This document shows positions 11,520 to 21,536 of a DNA stretch of 64,000 nt, piece after piece; positions within the stretch are counted from its first letter, which is position 1; each line of letters begins with the position of its first letter. The position numbers and the translations under genes are program-made. The stretch is from assembly GCA_043771635.1 (NCBI GenBank), contig JAYVHA010000019.1, positions 1,248 to 65,247 of the forward strand, given 5' to 3'. The stretch is from Candidatus Woesearchaeota archaeon (lineage in GTDB: Archaea; Nanobdellota; Nanobdellia; Woesearchaeales; SKIA01). The notes under the pieces are model-generated. The model ran no database searches. It was not told the DNA's origin and saw nothing but the letters and a program-made list of their open reading frames with translations.

Positions 11520-11873
11520 CTAAACAACTTGCGTTGGGTAAGACCACACTTCACGACCATGGCGTTGGTGTTCATGCGCGTGGTGGCTTGAGAGCTGATG
11601 CTCAATCGACTCAAAGGCATTCTGCACTGCAGTAGGCAGCGTCCAGCTAGAGCTTGCAGCATAGCGAGGTCCAGCGCTGGTTAGTAAGCCAACACTAATT
11701 TCGTAGCGCGCCATACCACCGCCTTTCCAGATTCGTTTAATTCGCACACGCGCATCTATTACATCACTTGCGATAGAGCGGATACGCATCATTTGCCTCT
11801 CCACTATCATGTGTACGTGTCGCTGCTCGCCCGCGGGCAATTCCAGTTCTGATAAGCCAACATAGTTAACCAT
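11520..11873 (-). CDS. stand-alone HPF/RaiA-like (ribosome hibernation) domain protein
   Basis: GGAGGTG SD before ATG 11873; beta-alpha-beta-beta-beta-alpha pattern with 'RYEISV' and 'WTLPTAVQNAFESIEHQL'; His-rich tail. Confidence 0.55.
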   Translation of the reverse strand: MVNYVGLSELELPAGEQRHVHMIVERQMMRIRSIASDVIDARVRIKRIWKGGGMARYEISVGLLTSAGPRYAASSSWTLPTAVQNAFESIEHQLSSHHAHEHQRHGREVWSYPTQVV

Positions 11874-12108
11874 TTTTCCGGACACCTCCATAAAAACACG
11901 TGTAAAACTAGAATAAAACTGTTCCGCATGAGTAAAATATGTCACGCGCAAATTATAACAAATAGTTACGATTTCATATGACAATGGTGTGATGCTGCCT
12001 TAAACAACCTTAAAGTGCAGAATTCGCGCGTATTAAGCATCCTTTCTAAATGAACTAAATTGTACTAAAACCAAGAAACAATTTAAACGGCGCACGCAGC
12101 ACACTCTC

Positions 12109-13374
12109 ATGCAAGTCGTTCGCCTAACCACTATTCACGGCATCTATGAAGGTATACTGTTGCCAAGTCAAGGTACGAGCGCAGTTATTAAACTCCGAAA
12201 CGGATACAATGTAGGTGTAAAGCGTGCGCACATTACTAAAGAAGAAATTCTTGGCAATCGCGAGACTACAGCAAATCCGACGCCATCAATTGTGCAGAGC
12301 GACAAACCTCTCGTATCAATACTGCATCTCGGAGGCACCATTGCTGCAAAAGTAGATTACGCGACAGGCGCTACTGTCGCGCAATTTGATCCTGCAGAAC
12401 TTCTAACTATGTTTCCTGAACTACGCGATGAAGCGCGCATCGAAAGTAAACTTGTACGCAACATGCAAAGCGACCACATGCAACCAGGCCACTACAATGT
12501 TATTGCGGACGCTATTGCAGAAGAATTAAAGAAAAAACCGCACGGAATTGTTATTAGCCACGGAACAGATACCATGCAGTACACAGCTGCTGCACTATCG
12601 TTTATACTTGAAGGCTGCCCAGTACCAATAATTATTGTTGGCAGTCAGCGCTCAAGCGACCGCGGCTCCTCTGACGCTGGGATGAACTTAGTAGCAGCAG
12701 TTCATTTTATTGTAAACACGCAATGGACTGGTGTTGGCGTGTGCATGCATAAAACAAGTAACGATGACGTCTGCTGGATTATTCCTGGAACTAACGTTGG
12801 TAAAATGCATACTTCGCGACGCGATGCGTTCCGCCCGGTTAACAGTTTACAAATTGCAGACATCGACGTGCCAAGTAGAACAATCACTTACATCAATTCT
12901 CAAGTATCAAGTCCGACAGAGTTTCGTATTCGACGAGTAGACCCATCACTAAAGATTGGCCTGGTGCGCGTGCATCCAGGCATTCGACATACTGAACTAA
13001 TGTTTTACGAAGGCTATGATGGACTAGTACTGGAAGGCACTGGACTCGGTCATGCGCCAATACAACAGCTTGATGAAGAATCCGCTGAGAACACACCAAT
13101 TTGGGAATCGCTGCAACATCTTGCAAAAACAATGCCAGTTGTAATGACGTCTCAATGCATGTATGGCAGAATTAGTTTACAAGTTTATACGCCTGGCCGA
13201 CAGCTCCAGGATGCAGGGGTGCTTGGACACGACTGCGACATGCCATCATGGACGGCGTACATGAAACTACTTTGGCTTCTGTCTAACGAGCGCGACAATG
13301 TTCGAGAGTTATACAGTACAAATCTTCGTGGTGAAATAAGCGAGAGAACAGTAATGGATTCATTCTTACGTTAA
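12109..13374 (+). CDS. gatD: Glu-tRNA(Gln) amidotransferase subunit D
   Basis: KLRNGYNVG N-domain, GGTIAAKVDYATG, HGTDT, GSQRSSDRGSSD, KMHTSRRDAF. Confidence 0.95.
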   Translation: MQVVRLTTIHGIYEGILLPSQGTSAVIKLRNGYNVGVKRAHITKEEILGNRETTANPTPSIVQSDKPLVSILHLGGTIAAKVDYATGATVAQFDPAELLTMFPELRDEARIESKLVRNMQSDHMQPGHYNVIADAIAEELKKKPHGIVISHGTDTMQYTAAALSFILEGCPVPIIIVGSQRSSDRGSSDAGMNLVAAVHFIVNTQWTGVGVCMHKTSNDDVCWIIPGTNVGKMHTSRRDAFRPVNSLQIADIDVPSRTITYINSQVSSPTEFRIRRVDPSLKIGLVRVHPGIRHTELMFYEGYDGLVLEGTGLGHAPIQQLDEESAENTPIWESLQHLAKTMPVVMTSQCMYGRISLQVYTPGRQLQDAGVLGHDCDMPSWTAYMKLLWLLSNERDNVRELYSTNLRGEISERTVMDSFLR

Positions 13375-13392
13375 GCTAAATAAAAAAATTTA

Positions 13393-13842
13393 CTAATCTT
13401 CTTTGGGTGCTAGAATGCTTCCGCGGCATTTTGGAGAACCACATAGGCAAGCGTAAATAGTTTCGTCATCTTCTCCATCCGCGTCACGCTCATAAGCATA
13501 ATCGTAGAATAACTCTTCACCCTGCTCAATGTCGCGAATCGCGTCGATGAATACTTGTTGACCTTCGACTACAGGCTCACAGTTTGGATCGCATGAGTGA
13601 TTAATGAACTTTGCAGGATTGTCCGTGTCTTGGCCATCAATAACTACATGCTCGTCTACCGCAAACAAAAAAGTATGGTGACGTTCCATTGCTGCATCAT
13701 CATAACGTGCATCTGCTTCTTCATGCGAAATAATTTCGCCAGTGTATTCAATAATTCGCGTACCACTAGGGATTCTTTTTTTTGCAAACGCCCCCTCACC
13801 TTGGATAGGGGAATTTCGTACTTCAAACCATTGATTCATCAT
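13393..13842 (-). CDS. SET-domain protein-lysine methyltransferase with post-SET motif
   Basis: GxGAFA, IIEYTGE, FINHSCDPN, GEELFYDY, CLCGSPKCRG. Confidence 0.92.
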   Translation of the reverse strand: MMNQWFEVRNSPIQGEGAFAKKRIPSGTRIIEYTGEIISHEEADARYDDAAMERHHTFLFAVDEHVVIDGQDTDNPAKFINHSCDPNCEPVVEGQQVFIDAIRDIEQGEELFYDYAYERDADGEDDETIYACLCGSPKCRGSILAPKED

Positions 13843-13904
13843 ACTAGCGCAAATGCTGTGTTTATAAGATTTATCGCTCCCAAAAATATTACTTACTCCA
13901 GTTT

Positions 13905-14477
13905 TTATTCATGCTTGACTACTGCATCTATTAAACGTAGCGTAAATTCAAGTACAACTACGCATGCAAAGAAAAAACTGAGTTGGGGTAGTAGAGAAGG
14001 CACCGTACTTAACTTATCCAGAAATGACGTTACGCTCACTGCCGTCATGTCGAGCAAAAATACTGCAAGCATAGACAAAGGCAACGTCTTCGCGAGTTCG
14101 GCTGAGAGTTCTTGATTAATATAAGCAGTAATACGAATTGCAGCGAGCAAAGCCATCGCAATCAAAAGTGTGGTTTCGACGGCAATTTCACCGCTTCCAT
14201 CAAAGACAAGCAAAATAACTGTAATAACTGTGCCCCACAAGAAAAATAAGAAGGGACTTAGAAACAAGTATTTTAGCGCGTACACAAAACGCCGCCAAAG
14301 CCTGAGGAGTACAGGATGTTTGGCACCAGTAAATGACGGCATGCTAAGCTCGAACAAAAGGCGCTTAGAAACATGCTTGTAAAAACTAAAAATAAAGAAG
14401 CCATATAATACGAGCCCACCGACAAACATTCCAAATTGCTCGAGCAGCGGCAGAGCGAATCCTAATTCATTGAGCAT
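13905..14477 (-). CDS. hypothetical integral membrane protein
   Basis: 190-aa ORF with about 5 hydrophobic segments. Confidence 0.65.
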   Translation of the reverse strand: MLNELGFALPLLEQFGMFVGGLVLYGFFIFSFYKHVSKRLLFELSMPSFTGAKHPVLLRLWRRFVYALKYLFLSPFLFFLWGTVITVILLVFDGSGEIAVETTLLIAMALLAAIRITAYINQELSAELAKTLPLSMLAVFLLDMTAVSVTSFLDKLSTVPSLLPQLSFFFACVVVLEFTLRLIDAVVKHE

Positions 14478-14562
14478 TCTTACTCGCGACCAACCCCATT
14501 CTTAAATATGCCGACGGAGGCTGCCAGGCATCTTTAAATACGCAGGCGCGAGCTCTAGTAAT

Positions 14563-16380
14563 ATGAATGATAAGCAAGTGGTGCACGAGCTCACAGCAGG
14601 TATTGAAGTCCATCAACAGCTTAGTACTAGTAAGCTGTTCTGTAGCTGTCCAAGTACCATTCGTGACGGCGCGCCGGACGTGCAAATCGAGCGACAGTTG
14701 CGCGCCGCGGCAGGTGAGTCTGGCGAGATGGATATCGCCGCAAGGCACGAACAGCACAAAGCGAAGCGCTTCAACTACCAAGGCTATCAAGACACTACGT
14801 GCCTCGTGGAACTTGATGAAGAGCCTGTAAGCGCCCCAAACGCGCAAGCAGTAGTTGTTGCGCTGCAAGTCGCACGCATGCTCTCAATGACACTAGTGGA
14901 TGAAGTGCATGTAATGCGAAAAACCGTAGTAGATGGTTCCAACACTAGTGGCTTTCAACGAACCATGCTTGTTGCTCGCGATGGCAACATTGAAGTAAAT
15001 GGCAATAAAGTTAGAATTGAGCAGCTTTGCCTTGAAGAGGACAGCTGCAAACTAGTCGAGCGCGGTGAGCGGCATGATACGTACAATCTTAGCCGCCTCG
15101 GCATTCCACTTCTAGAAATTACTACTGGACCGGACCTTCACACAGCGGAAGACGTAAAAGCGACGGCTGCGTACATCGGCATGCTCCTTCGCTCAACAGA
15201 ACAAGTAAAGCGCGGACTCGGCACAACACGTCAAGACGTAAACGTGTCCGTGCCCGGAGGCGTGCGCGTAGAAGTAAAAGGCGTGCAAGACCTTGCCAGT
15301 ATGGGCTTAATAGTTAAAAATGAAGCGCAGCGCCAGCGTATTCTCATTAATCTCGCGCTTGTTATTCCAGCGCAAGCCTACTCAGTAATTGATGTAACAA
15401 GCGCACTAAAGACGCTACCAACTGGATTCATCCGAAAGGCAATCGACTCGGGCCAGTCAGTACTAGGACTACGCCTTGCGGGTTGGAAAGAGAACTTGGC
15501 GGCAGAGCTGCAACCAGGCACTCGGCTCGGTAAAGAGCTTGCTGGATACGCTAAGGCTCATGGCTTTGGCGGACTTGTGCACAGCAGTGAAGACGCGTCT
15601 AAATACGGCTTCACGTCAGAATTAGTAATACTTCGCTCCCTACTAAACTCAGGTGACGATGACGCTTGGCTTCTGATGGTAGGCGTACCAGGCAGGCTAC
15701 TTCCCTTTTTCGACAATGTTCTAATTCCAAGACTGCACCAACTCTCAATTGGCGTGCCTGCTGAAGTGCGAAAGCCGGAAGCCGACGGCACTAACAGCTA
15801 TTTACGGCCTATGCCGGGCGCTGCGCGCATGTATCCTGAAACTGACGTCCGAGCGTTTCAACCGAAGCCGGACAGCATTGCGCTGCCAGAACTAATAACT
15901 CACAAAGCAACGCGACTTGCAAAGCAATATGGCCTACATGCAGATCTCGCCACTCAGATAAGCAAAGAAGGTTTAGGCACTATATTAGAAGGCTGGATCG
16001 CGCGATTTCCGAACATACAGCCCGGCACGCTCGCTGCCCTGCTTACGGCCAAAGAACGAGAAATCAAAACGCGCCATGGCATTGACGTAGACGTTGTACT
16101 GCTTGCCCCAGAGTTCTTACCTGCGCTCAACGCAGGCGAAATCACGCTTGCCGCAGTGGAAGACATCCTAGTGTCTCTTGCCAAGGGAGAACCGCTAGAC
16201 ATGAGTAAGTACAAAGCTGTCAGCGAGACAGAACTCTCGCTTGCAGTTTCTGCACTTATTGCAGAAAATCCTAGCGCCTCCCAAGGCGTACTAATGGGTA
16301 AAGTCATGCGACACTTTAACGGACGCGCCGACGGCAAGAAAGTGCAAGAACTAATTGCCCGCGCGGGCGTGAGACAATGA
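14563..16380 (+). CDS. gatE: Glu-tRNA(Gln) amidotransferase subunit E
   Basis: GIEVHQQL...KLFCSCP, MRKTVVDGSNTSGFQRT, RPMPGAARMYPETD. Confidence 0.96.
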   Translation: MNDKQVVHELTAGIEVHQQLSTSKLFCSCPSTIRDGAPDVQIERQLRAAAGESGEMDIAARHEQHKAKRFNYQGYQDTTCLVELDEEPVSAPNAQAVVVALQVARMLSMTLVDEVHVMRKTVVDGSNTSGFQRTMLVARDGNIEVNGNKVRIEQLCLEEDSCKLVERGERHDTYNLSRLGIPLLEITTGPDLHTAEDVKATAAYIGMLLRSTEQVKRGLGTTRQDVNVSVPGGVRVEVKGVQDLASMGLIVKNEAQRQRILINLALVIPAQAYSVIDVTSALKTLPTGFIRKAIDSGQSVLGLRLAGWKENLAAELQPGTRLGKELAGYAKAHGFGGLVHSSEDASKYGFTSELVILRSLLNSGDDDAWLLMVGVPGRLLPFFDNVLIPRLHQLSIGVPAEVRKPEADGTNSYLRPMPGAARMYPETDVRAFQPKPDSIALPELITHKATRLAKQYGLHADLATQISKEGLGTILEGWIARFPNIQPGTLAALLTAKEREIKTRHGIDVDVVLLAPEFLPALNAGEITLAAVEDILVSLAKGEPLDMSKYKAVSETELSLAVSALIAENPSASQGVLMGKVMRHFNGRADGKKVQELIARAGVRQ

Positions 16381-16871
16381 ACGAGTTTTTTTGGTTCTTT
16401 ATGTTTTTCACACCAGCATACGTTGCGAATATGCTCCCTCCATTTTTTCGCAAACTACCCTTTGGCTACCCAATTGATAGCGGAAGAACTTGGCACGGAC
16501 AACCGCTCCTTGGAAAGAACAAGACTTGGCGTGGCCTCGTCTTAGGTACAATCGGCGGAGGCCTCGTAGGATGGCTCCTACAGTCTCTTGGCCTACCATT
16601 TGTGTGGTGGTGGGGTTTCGTCCTTGGTTTCGCAGCGCTTGCAGGTGACGCGCTTAAGAGCCTTGTAAAACGGCAAATAGGAATTAAGCCAGGCGGGCGC
16701 TGGATGCCGTTCGATCAGCTTGACTTTCTAATTATGGCCTGGCTGGTCAGCTTTGCGTTTGTACGTTTTTCATGGCTCACTACGCTGCTCGGGTTCAGCA
16801 TAGTGTTTGTGTGTACAATTGGCGTGCAAATTCTTGGCGGCATGACTGGCGTCAAAGCAGACAAACTGTAA
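16377..16871 (+). CDS. carS: CDP-archaeol synthase (DUF46)
   Basis: PAYVANMLP, PIDSG...LLGKNKTWRG, GDALKSLVKRQIG, DQLDF. Confidence 0.88.
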   Translation: MNEFFWFFMFFTPAYVANMLPPFFRKLPFGYPIDSGRTWHGQPLLGKNKTWRGLVLGTIGGGLVGWLLQSLGLPFVWWWGFVLGFAALAGDALKSLVKRQIGIKPGGRWMPFDQLDFLIMAWLVSFAFVRFSWLTTLLGFSIVFVCTIGVQILGGMTGVKADKL

Positions 16872-16932
16872 GCACAGTCAAAACGGTTCTTTTTTATAAT
16901 AAGCCCGAGCAGTTGTATATATTGATCAAGCG

Positions 16933-17214
16933 GTGTGGTATCTCCTTGCAGGTACGCGAGGAGGGGAAACACGCGCACGAATTATCTATGCGATAAGACA
17001 TCGGCCAGCAAATGCAAATCAACTAGCTAAGCAACTGTCCCTTGATTACAAAACCATGCAGCACCACTTGGCACTTCTACTTGAACATAATATTCTCAGT
17101 ACACAGGGACGCTACGGCGCAGTATACTTCATTACACAACGTATGCAAGCATCATGGCTGGGCTACCAAGAAATTTGGGAGCAATTTGGGAGACAACCCG
17201 GAAAACATACATAA
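16933..17214 (+). CDS. ArsR-like winged-helix regulator
   Basis: WYLLAGTRGGETRARII...PANANQLA...LDYKTMQHHL...YGAVYF; true start may lie slightly upstream. Confidence 0.85.
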   Translation: MWYLLAGTRGGETRARIIYAIRHRPANANQLAKQLSLDYKTMQHHLALLLEHNILSTQGRYGAVYFITQRMQASWLGYQEIWEQFGRQPGKHT

Positions 17215-17242
17215 GGATAAACGACTCTAGAGGGGAAAACAA

Positions 17243-17515
17243 ATGATAACATCAATGATTGTAAGTGGAATAAACGTAATACTACTTCTACTACTTGTAG
17301 GAATATTTACTCGCAGCGTTGTGCGTATGCCAACTAAGTTTACTATAGGACTGCTCGCATGCGTAGCACTACTATTAGTACAGAATATTGTTACGCTTTA
17401 CTACGCAATTACAATGATGCCGCTATTCGTTGCTGAACTTGAAGGATTTTTCTTTGCCTATCAAATACTGCAGCTTGCATCATTCGCATCTCTAACATAC
17501 AGCAGCACTAGATAA
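17243..17515 (+). CDS. small 3-TM membrane protein
   Basis: three hydrophobic helices; purine-rich SD; follows the regulator. Confidence 0.7.
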   Translation: MITSMIVSGINVILLLLLVGIFTRSVVRMPTKFTIGLLACVALLLVQNIVTLYYAITMMPLFVAELEGFFFAYQILQLASFASLTYSSTR

Positions 17516-17544
17516 TATTGATGTAACAAGTAAACGAGTAGATT

Positions 17545-18135
17545 ATGAAAAATACAAAACACAATACTAGCCGCAGGAATTGGGCAAAAATCCTCAGTTG
17601 GAGTAGACTAGTTCTCATTATCCCAATTAGTATTCTTATTGTCATGCAGCAATTCACTGCTGCAGCAGTGCTTGTACTGCTCGCTGCAGTCACAGACTTC
17701 TTTGATGGAGTTGTTGCTCGGACTACAAACACGCAGACGGCCTATGGCTCAAGTTTAGACGGACTCGTAGATCTAGTATTTGCGATTACAACAGTCGCGT
17801 GGGTGTGGATCGCATATCCTGAGACACTAGTGTTTTGACCATATGTGCTTACCATAGTCGGAAGTCTAGTATTGCTTAACATCGTAACTTTAGTTCAGGG
17901 AGAAGGCGCTCCAACGCTCCATCTTTGGACTGGTAAAGTCGCGATGACGACTGTATTCATACTTTTTCCATTACTTACAGTGGGAGTCGGCGTCTGGTAT
18001 ATACACCTGGTCGGCGCTCTTTGCATTTTAACGCAACTCGAGTCGCTCGCCTACATCGCTCTTGGAGAGCGAAATCCGAATGGACGCAGCATAATACTTG
18101 CCTACTTGGAACGCCGTAGAAACAGTAAATACTAA
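17545..18135 (+). pseudogene. CDP-alcohol phosphatidyltransferase interrupted by an in-frame TGA (17836-17838)
   Basis: DFFDGVVAR...GSSLDGLVD motif in the 5' half; the same frame continues after the TGA to 18135. Confidence 0.75.
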
Positions 18136-18146
18136 TTGGAGACACT

Positions 18147-19367
18147 ATGACAACAAATAATACTCATAATAAATCAACCACACTATGTTTAGTATTACTA
18201 TGTGCAGTTGTACTAACCGCGTGCGCTGCCCCGACAGTAAATCCTGTTATTGAATCAGCAACGGAAAAACAAGAATTAACAGAACCTGTAGTAACAACAG
18301 AAGTTGAAACACCAAGCAAACAAAGCGAATCATCAGAAAATATATTGACAGATAAACAATTAGAGAATAAATTAGTAGATGAAATGGAAATTGAAACTTC
18401 TGCTGTGGAAGCTAAAAGCATCTCTGCCGATTACATATCACGCCCCAAAGCAGAATGGCGTACGCTATTAACTCCACAGCAATATGATATACTGTGGGAG
18501 AAAGGCACTGAGCGCGCATTCAGTGGAGAACATAAAACTCCGAGCGTCAGCGGAACATATGTAACTGCGGGCTGCCGCATTCCTGTGTTTCATACAGACG
18601 CACAGTTTGATAGCGGCACCGGTTGGCCGAGCTTTTTTGAGCTACTACAAACTAAAAATATAATTCTTGAAGAAGACAACACGTTATTTTCAACGCGTAC
18701 GGAAGTACTCTCTGCATGTGGTGAACATCTAGGGCACGTCTTTGACGACGGACCGGAACCAACAGGTAAGCGTTATTGCATCAATAGTGTTGCATTAATT
18801 TTCGTTCCTGATAACGCAAACGCAGAAATTAGGGCGCCGCAGCATGAACTTGCTACATTCGCCGGCGGCTGCTTCTGGTGCATGGAATCGCCATTCGAAA
18901 AACTCCCCGGAGTAAATACTGTTATTTCTGGATATGTGGGCGGCACAGAAATTTCACCTACATATGAAGAAGTTTCGTCAGGAGCCACGAAGCATATTGA
19001 ATCAGTACAAATAACATTTAATCCGAGTATAATTTCATATGAACAGTTACTTGACGTATACTGGAGACAAATTAATCCGACAGACTCAGGCGGACAGTTT
19101 GTTGACCGCGGGTACCAGTACACTTCAGCAATTTTTGTACACGACGAGGCTCAAGCAGCCGCAGCTAGAAAATCACTTCAAGCAATTGACAAAAGCGGCG
19201 TCTTTGGCGCACCAATTGTTACGCCAATCACAGACTATACTTCCTTTTACCCTGCCGAAGACTATCATCAAGATTACTATAAAACTAACCCACTAAAGTA
19301 TAACTTCTATCGATCACGGTCTGGTCGAGACGCATACTTGGATAGCATATGGGGAAATGAAAAATGA
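18147..19367 (+). CDS. msrAB: secreted/lipoprotein MsrB-MsrA fusion methionine sulfoxide reductase
   Basis: lipobox-like LTAC; MsrB GTERAF, SGTGWPSF, HLGHVF, RYCINS; MsrA GGCFWC, AEDYHQDYY. Confidence 0.92.
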   Translation: MTTNNTHNKSTTLCLVLLCAVVLTACAAPTVNPVIESATEKQELTEPVVTTEVETPSKQSESSENILTDKQLENKLVDEMEIETSAVEAKSISADYISRPKAEWRTLLTPQQYDILWEKGTERAFSGEHKTPSVSGTYVTAGCRIPVFHTDAQFDSGTGWPSFFELLQTKNIILEEDNTLFSTRTEVLSACGEHLGHVFDDGPEPTGKRYCINSVALIFVPDNANAEIRAPQHELATFAGGCFWCMESPFEKLPGVNTVISGYVGGTEISPTYEEVSSGATKHIESVQITFNPSIISYEQLLDVYWRQINPTDSGGQFVDRGYQYTSAIFVHDEAQAAAARKSLQAIDKSGVFGAPIVTPITDYTSFYPAEDYHQDYYKTNPLKYNFYRSRSGRDAYLDSIWGNEK

Positions 19368-20790
19368 ACGCAAAGCATTATGACGTTATTGTTATTGGTG
19401 GAGGGGCTGGCGGCCTCGTCACGGCAGTAGGATGTAACAGTCTAGGGTTTCACGTAGCAATAATTGACAAAGCGCCCCTCGGAGGAGACTGCCTCCATAC
19501 AGGGTGCGTCCCAAGCAAAACGCTCATCAAAAGTGCTAAAATTGCCCATGCGCTCGCAACGCGAAACAGTACGGGATTGACGCCGAATTAAAACCAATTG
19601 AATTCAGTAAGGTCGCGGCGCGTATTCGAGCAGTAATTGAAGAAATAGGCATGCATGACAGTCCACAGAGATTTCAATCACTTGGAATTGACGTATATTT
19701 TGGCAAACCTATTTTTACTAACAAAGAAACTTTATCAGTCACAACTATCGATGGTGAAAATTTATTTACCGCGTCACGGTTTGTTATCACTACTGGCAGC
19801 CGCGCAGCAATACCGGATGTACAGGGACTCTCAGAAATTCCATATTTGACTAATCATAATATATTTTCGCTTGACGAACTTCCAACGCGAATTGTGATTC
19901 TCGGCGCAGGTCCAATTGGCATTGAACTCGGTCAAGCAATGCAACGCTTAGGTTCCGCAGTGACAGTCCTCAATGTAGGAAACCAAATTCTATTTCGAGA
20001 AGACGCGCAAGTTACCGCACAACTTGAATCTCAACTTAATGAAGAAGGCATGCAAATAGTGCATGAAGCGAAAACTACACTCGTTACTTCTACTGAAGTT
20101 ACAGTAACAACCCCTACAAAAACTCTAAAAATTCCGTTCGACAAATTACTGGTTGCCGCAGGTAGAAAACCAAACGTGGAAGGGCTAGGTCTTGAAGCTG
20201 CGGGCGTAGCGTATTCTACAAAAGGAATTACCGTAAATAAATATTTACAGACAACCAATAAGCGCATATATGCAGTCGGCGACATAGTAGGACCTTACCA
20301 ATTTACACATATGGCTGAGTATCAAGCCGGCGTAGTTGTTTGGAACATAAGTGTACCGTGGCGCAAAGCAGTTGACTATCGCGTCGTACCTTGGGTTACA
20401 TACACAGATCCGGAACTTGCACGCGCCGGTATAAGTGAAGCCGAAGCAATTGCCGAGCGAATCCCGCACAAAGTTTTCACCGTGAACAGTAGCGCAATTG
20501 ACCGCGCAGTTACAGACGGATATAAGCACGGCACAATTAGACTTATTTTAAGTCCTAAAGGTAAAATTTTGGGCGCGTGTGCGCTCCTTCCAAATGCAGG
20601 CGAAGTACTCCAAGAGTATGTTCTCGCAATGCAAGCGAATGTTTCCATTCGCACCCTTGGTGGAACAGTTCACCCGTACCCAACGGTCGCGCAGGCGAAT
20701 CGACGCGTTGCAAACCAATACCTCAGCGCGAAGTTTTTAACACCGCGGACAAAACAAATTGTGCAATTTCTTGCACGCTTTCGACGATGA
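19364..20790 (+). pseudogene. class I pyridine nucleotide-disulfide oxidoreductase (Lpd/MerA-like), frameshifted near 19555
   Basis: GGGAGG and GGDCLHTGCVPSK in the first frame; continues in the other frame as NAKQYGIDAELKPIEFSKV...MHDSPQRF, GAGPIG, HPYPT. Confidence 0.8.
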
Positions 20791-21443
20791 CACGGACTTC
20801 CTTTAGAAAACTAATAATCGGGACGATAATTATTATTTGCATAATTATACTAGTGCGCGCGACGGGCATTGCAGACGGGACCAGCATAGATACTGTGCGA
20901 GATGCTGTTGCTAAACTAGGCCCGCTAGGACCTATAGTATTTGTACTGCTATATATCATGGCCACAGTGCTGTTTCTTCCGGCGTCTCCTCTTAGCATTC
21001 TAGCAGGTACACTTTTCGGATTAGGATTTGGAACTTTATTAGTAGTTATTGGGGCAACAATCGGCGCCACTATAGCGTTTTTTATTGCGCGCCTACTGGG
21101 CGAGAGCACAGTTAGCCGCTGGATAAAACATTCTTTCCCCAAAATTGACACATATAACGAACGACTTGCGGCAAACGGATTTCACGCAGTAGCATTTCTA
21201 CGCCTAGTACCGCTCTTTCCGTTCAATGGTTTAAACTTCGCTCTCGGACTAACCAAAGTGAAACCTCGCGAGTATATTCTTGGCACTCTGATCGGAATTA
21301 TTCCTGGAACTTTCGCGTTCGTATATCTTGGCGCTTCCCTCGCAGCACTAAATCCAGTACATATCGCCCTCGCTATTACGGCGTTCATTGCTATTCTGCT
21401 AATTGGTCCAATCTACAATAAATACGGGGCAAAGCATAAGTAA
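20787..21443 (+). CDS. TVP38/TMEM64 (DedA-superfamily) membrane protein
   Basis: ATGA overlap at 20787; LPASPL..LAG.LFG, GATIAFFIAR, LRLVPLFPFN, GIIPGT. Confidence 0.88.
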   Translation: MTRTSFRKLIIGTIIIICIIILVRATGIADGTSIDTVRDAVAKLGPLGPIVFVLLYIMATVLFLPASPLSILAGTLFGLGFGTLLVVIGATIGATIAFFIARLLGESTVSRWIKHSFPKIDTYNERLAANGFHAVAFLRLVPLFPFNGLNFALGLTKVKPREYILGTLIGIIPGTFAFVYLGASLAALNPVHIALAITAFIAILLIGPIYNKYGAKHK

Positions 21444-21536
21444 AATTCTCAGTGATAATTTAGGTTCCGCAGCGCTAAGAGTTTCAGACCTTTCAGCAAG
21501 TTAATTCGCTGACAAGACTAAAGACTATCATTTAAT

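Noticed and set aside
17836..17838. Genome-wide TGA recoding (Trp/Gly) or selenocysteine
   Set aside because: Many intact genes here end in TGA, often in ATGA overlaps (atpA, gatE, msrAB, fba), and the position is not a catalytic Cys site
19364..20790. Mercuric reductase MerA
   Set aside because: No C-terminal Cys-Cys pair and no mer genes nearby; only the generic CxxxxC and HPYPT motifs
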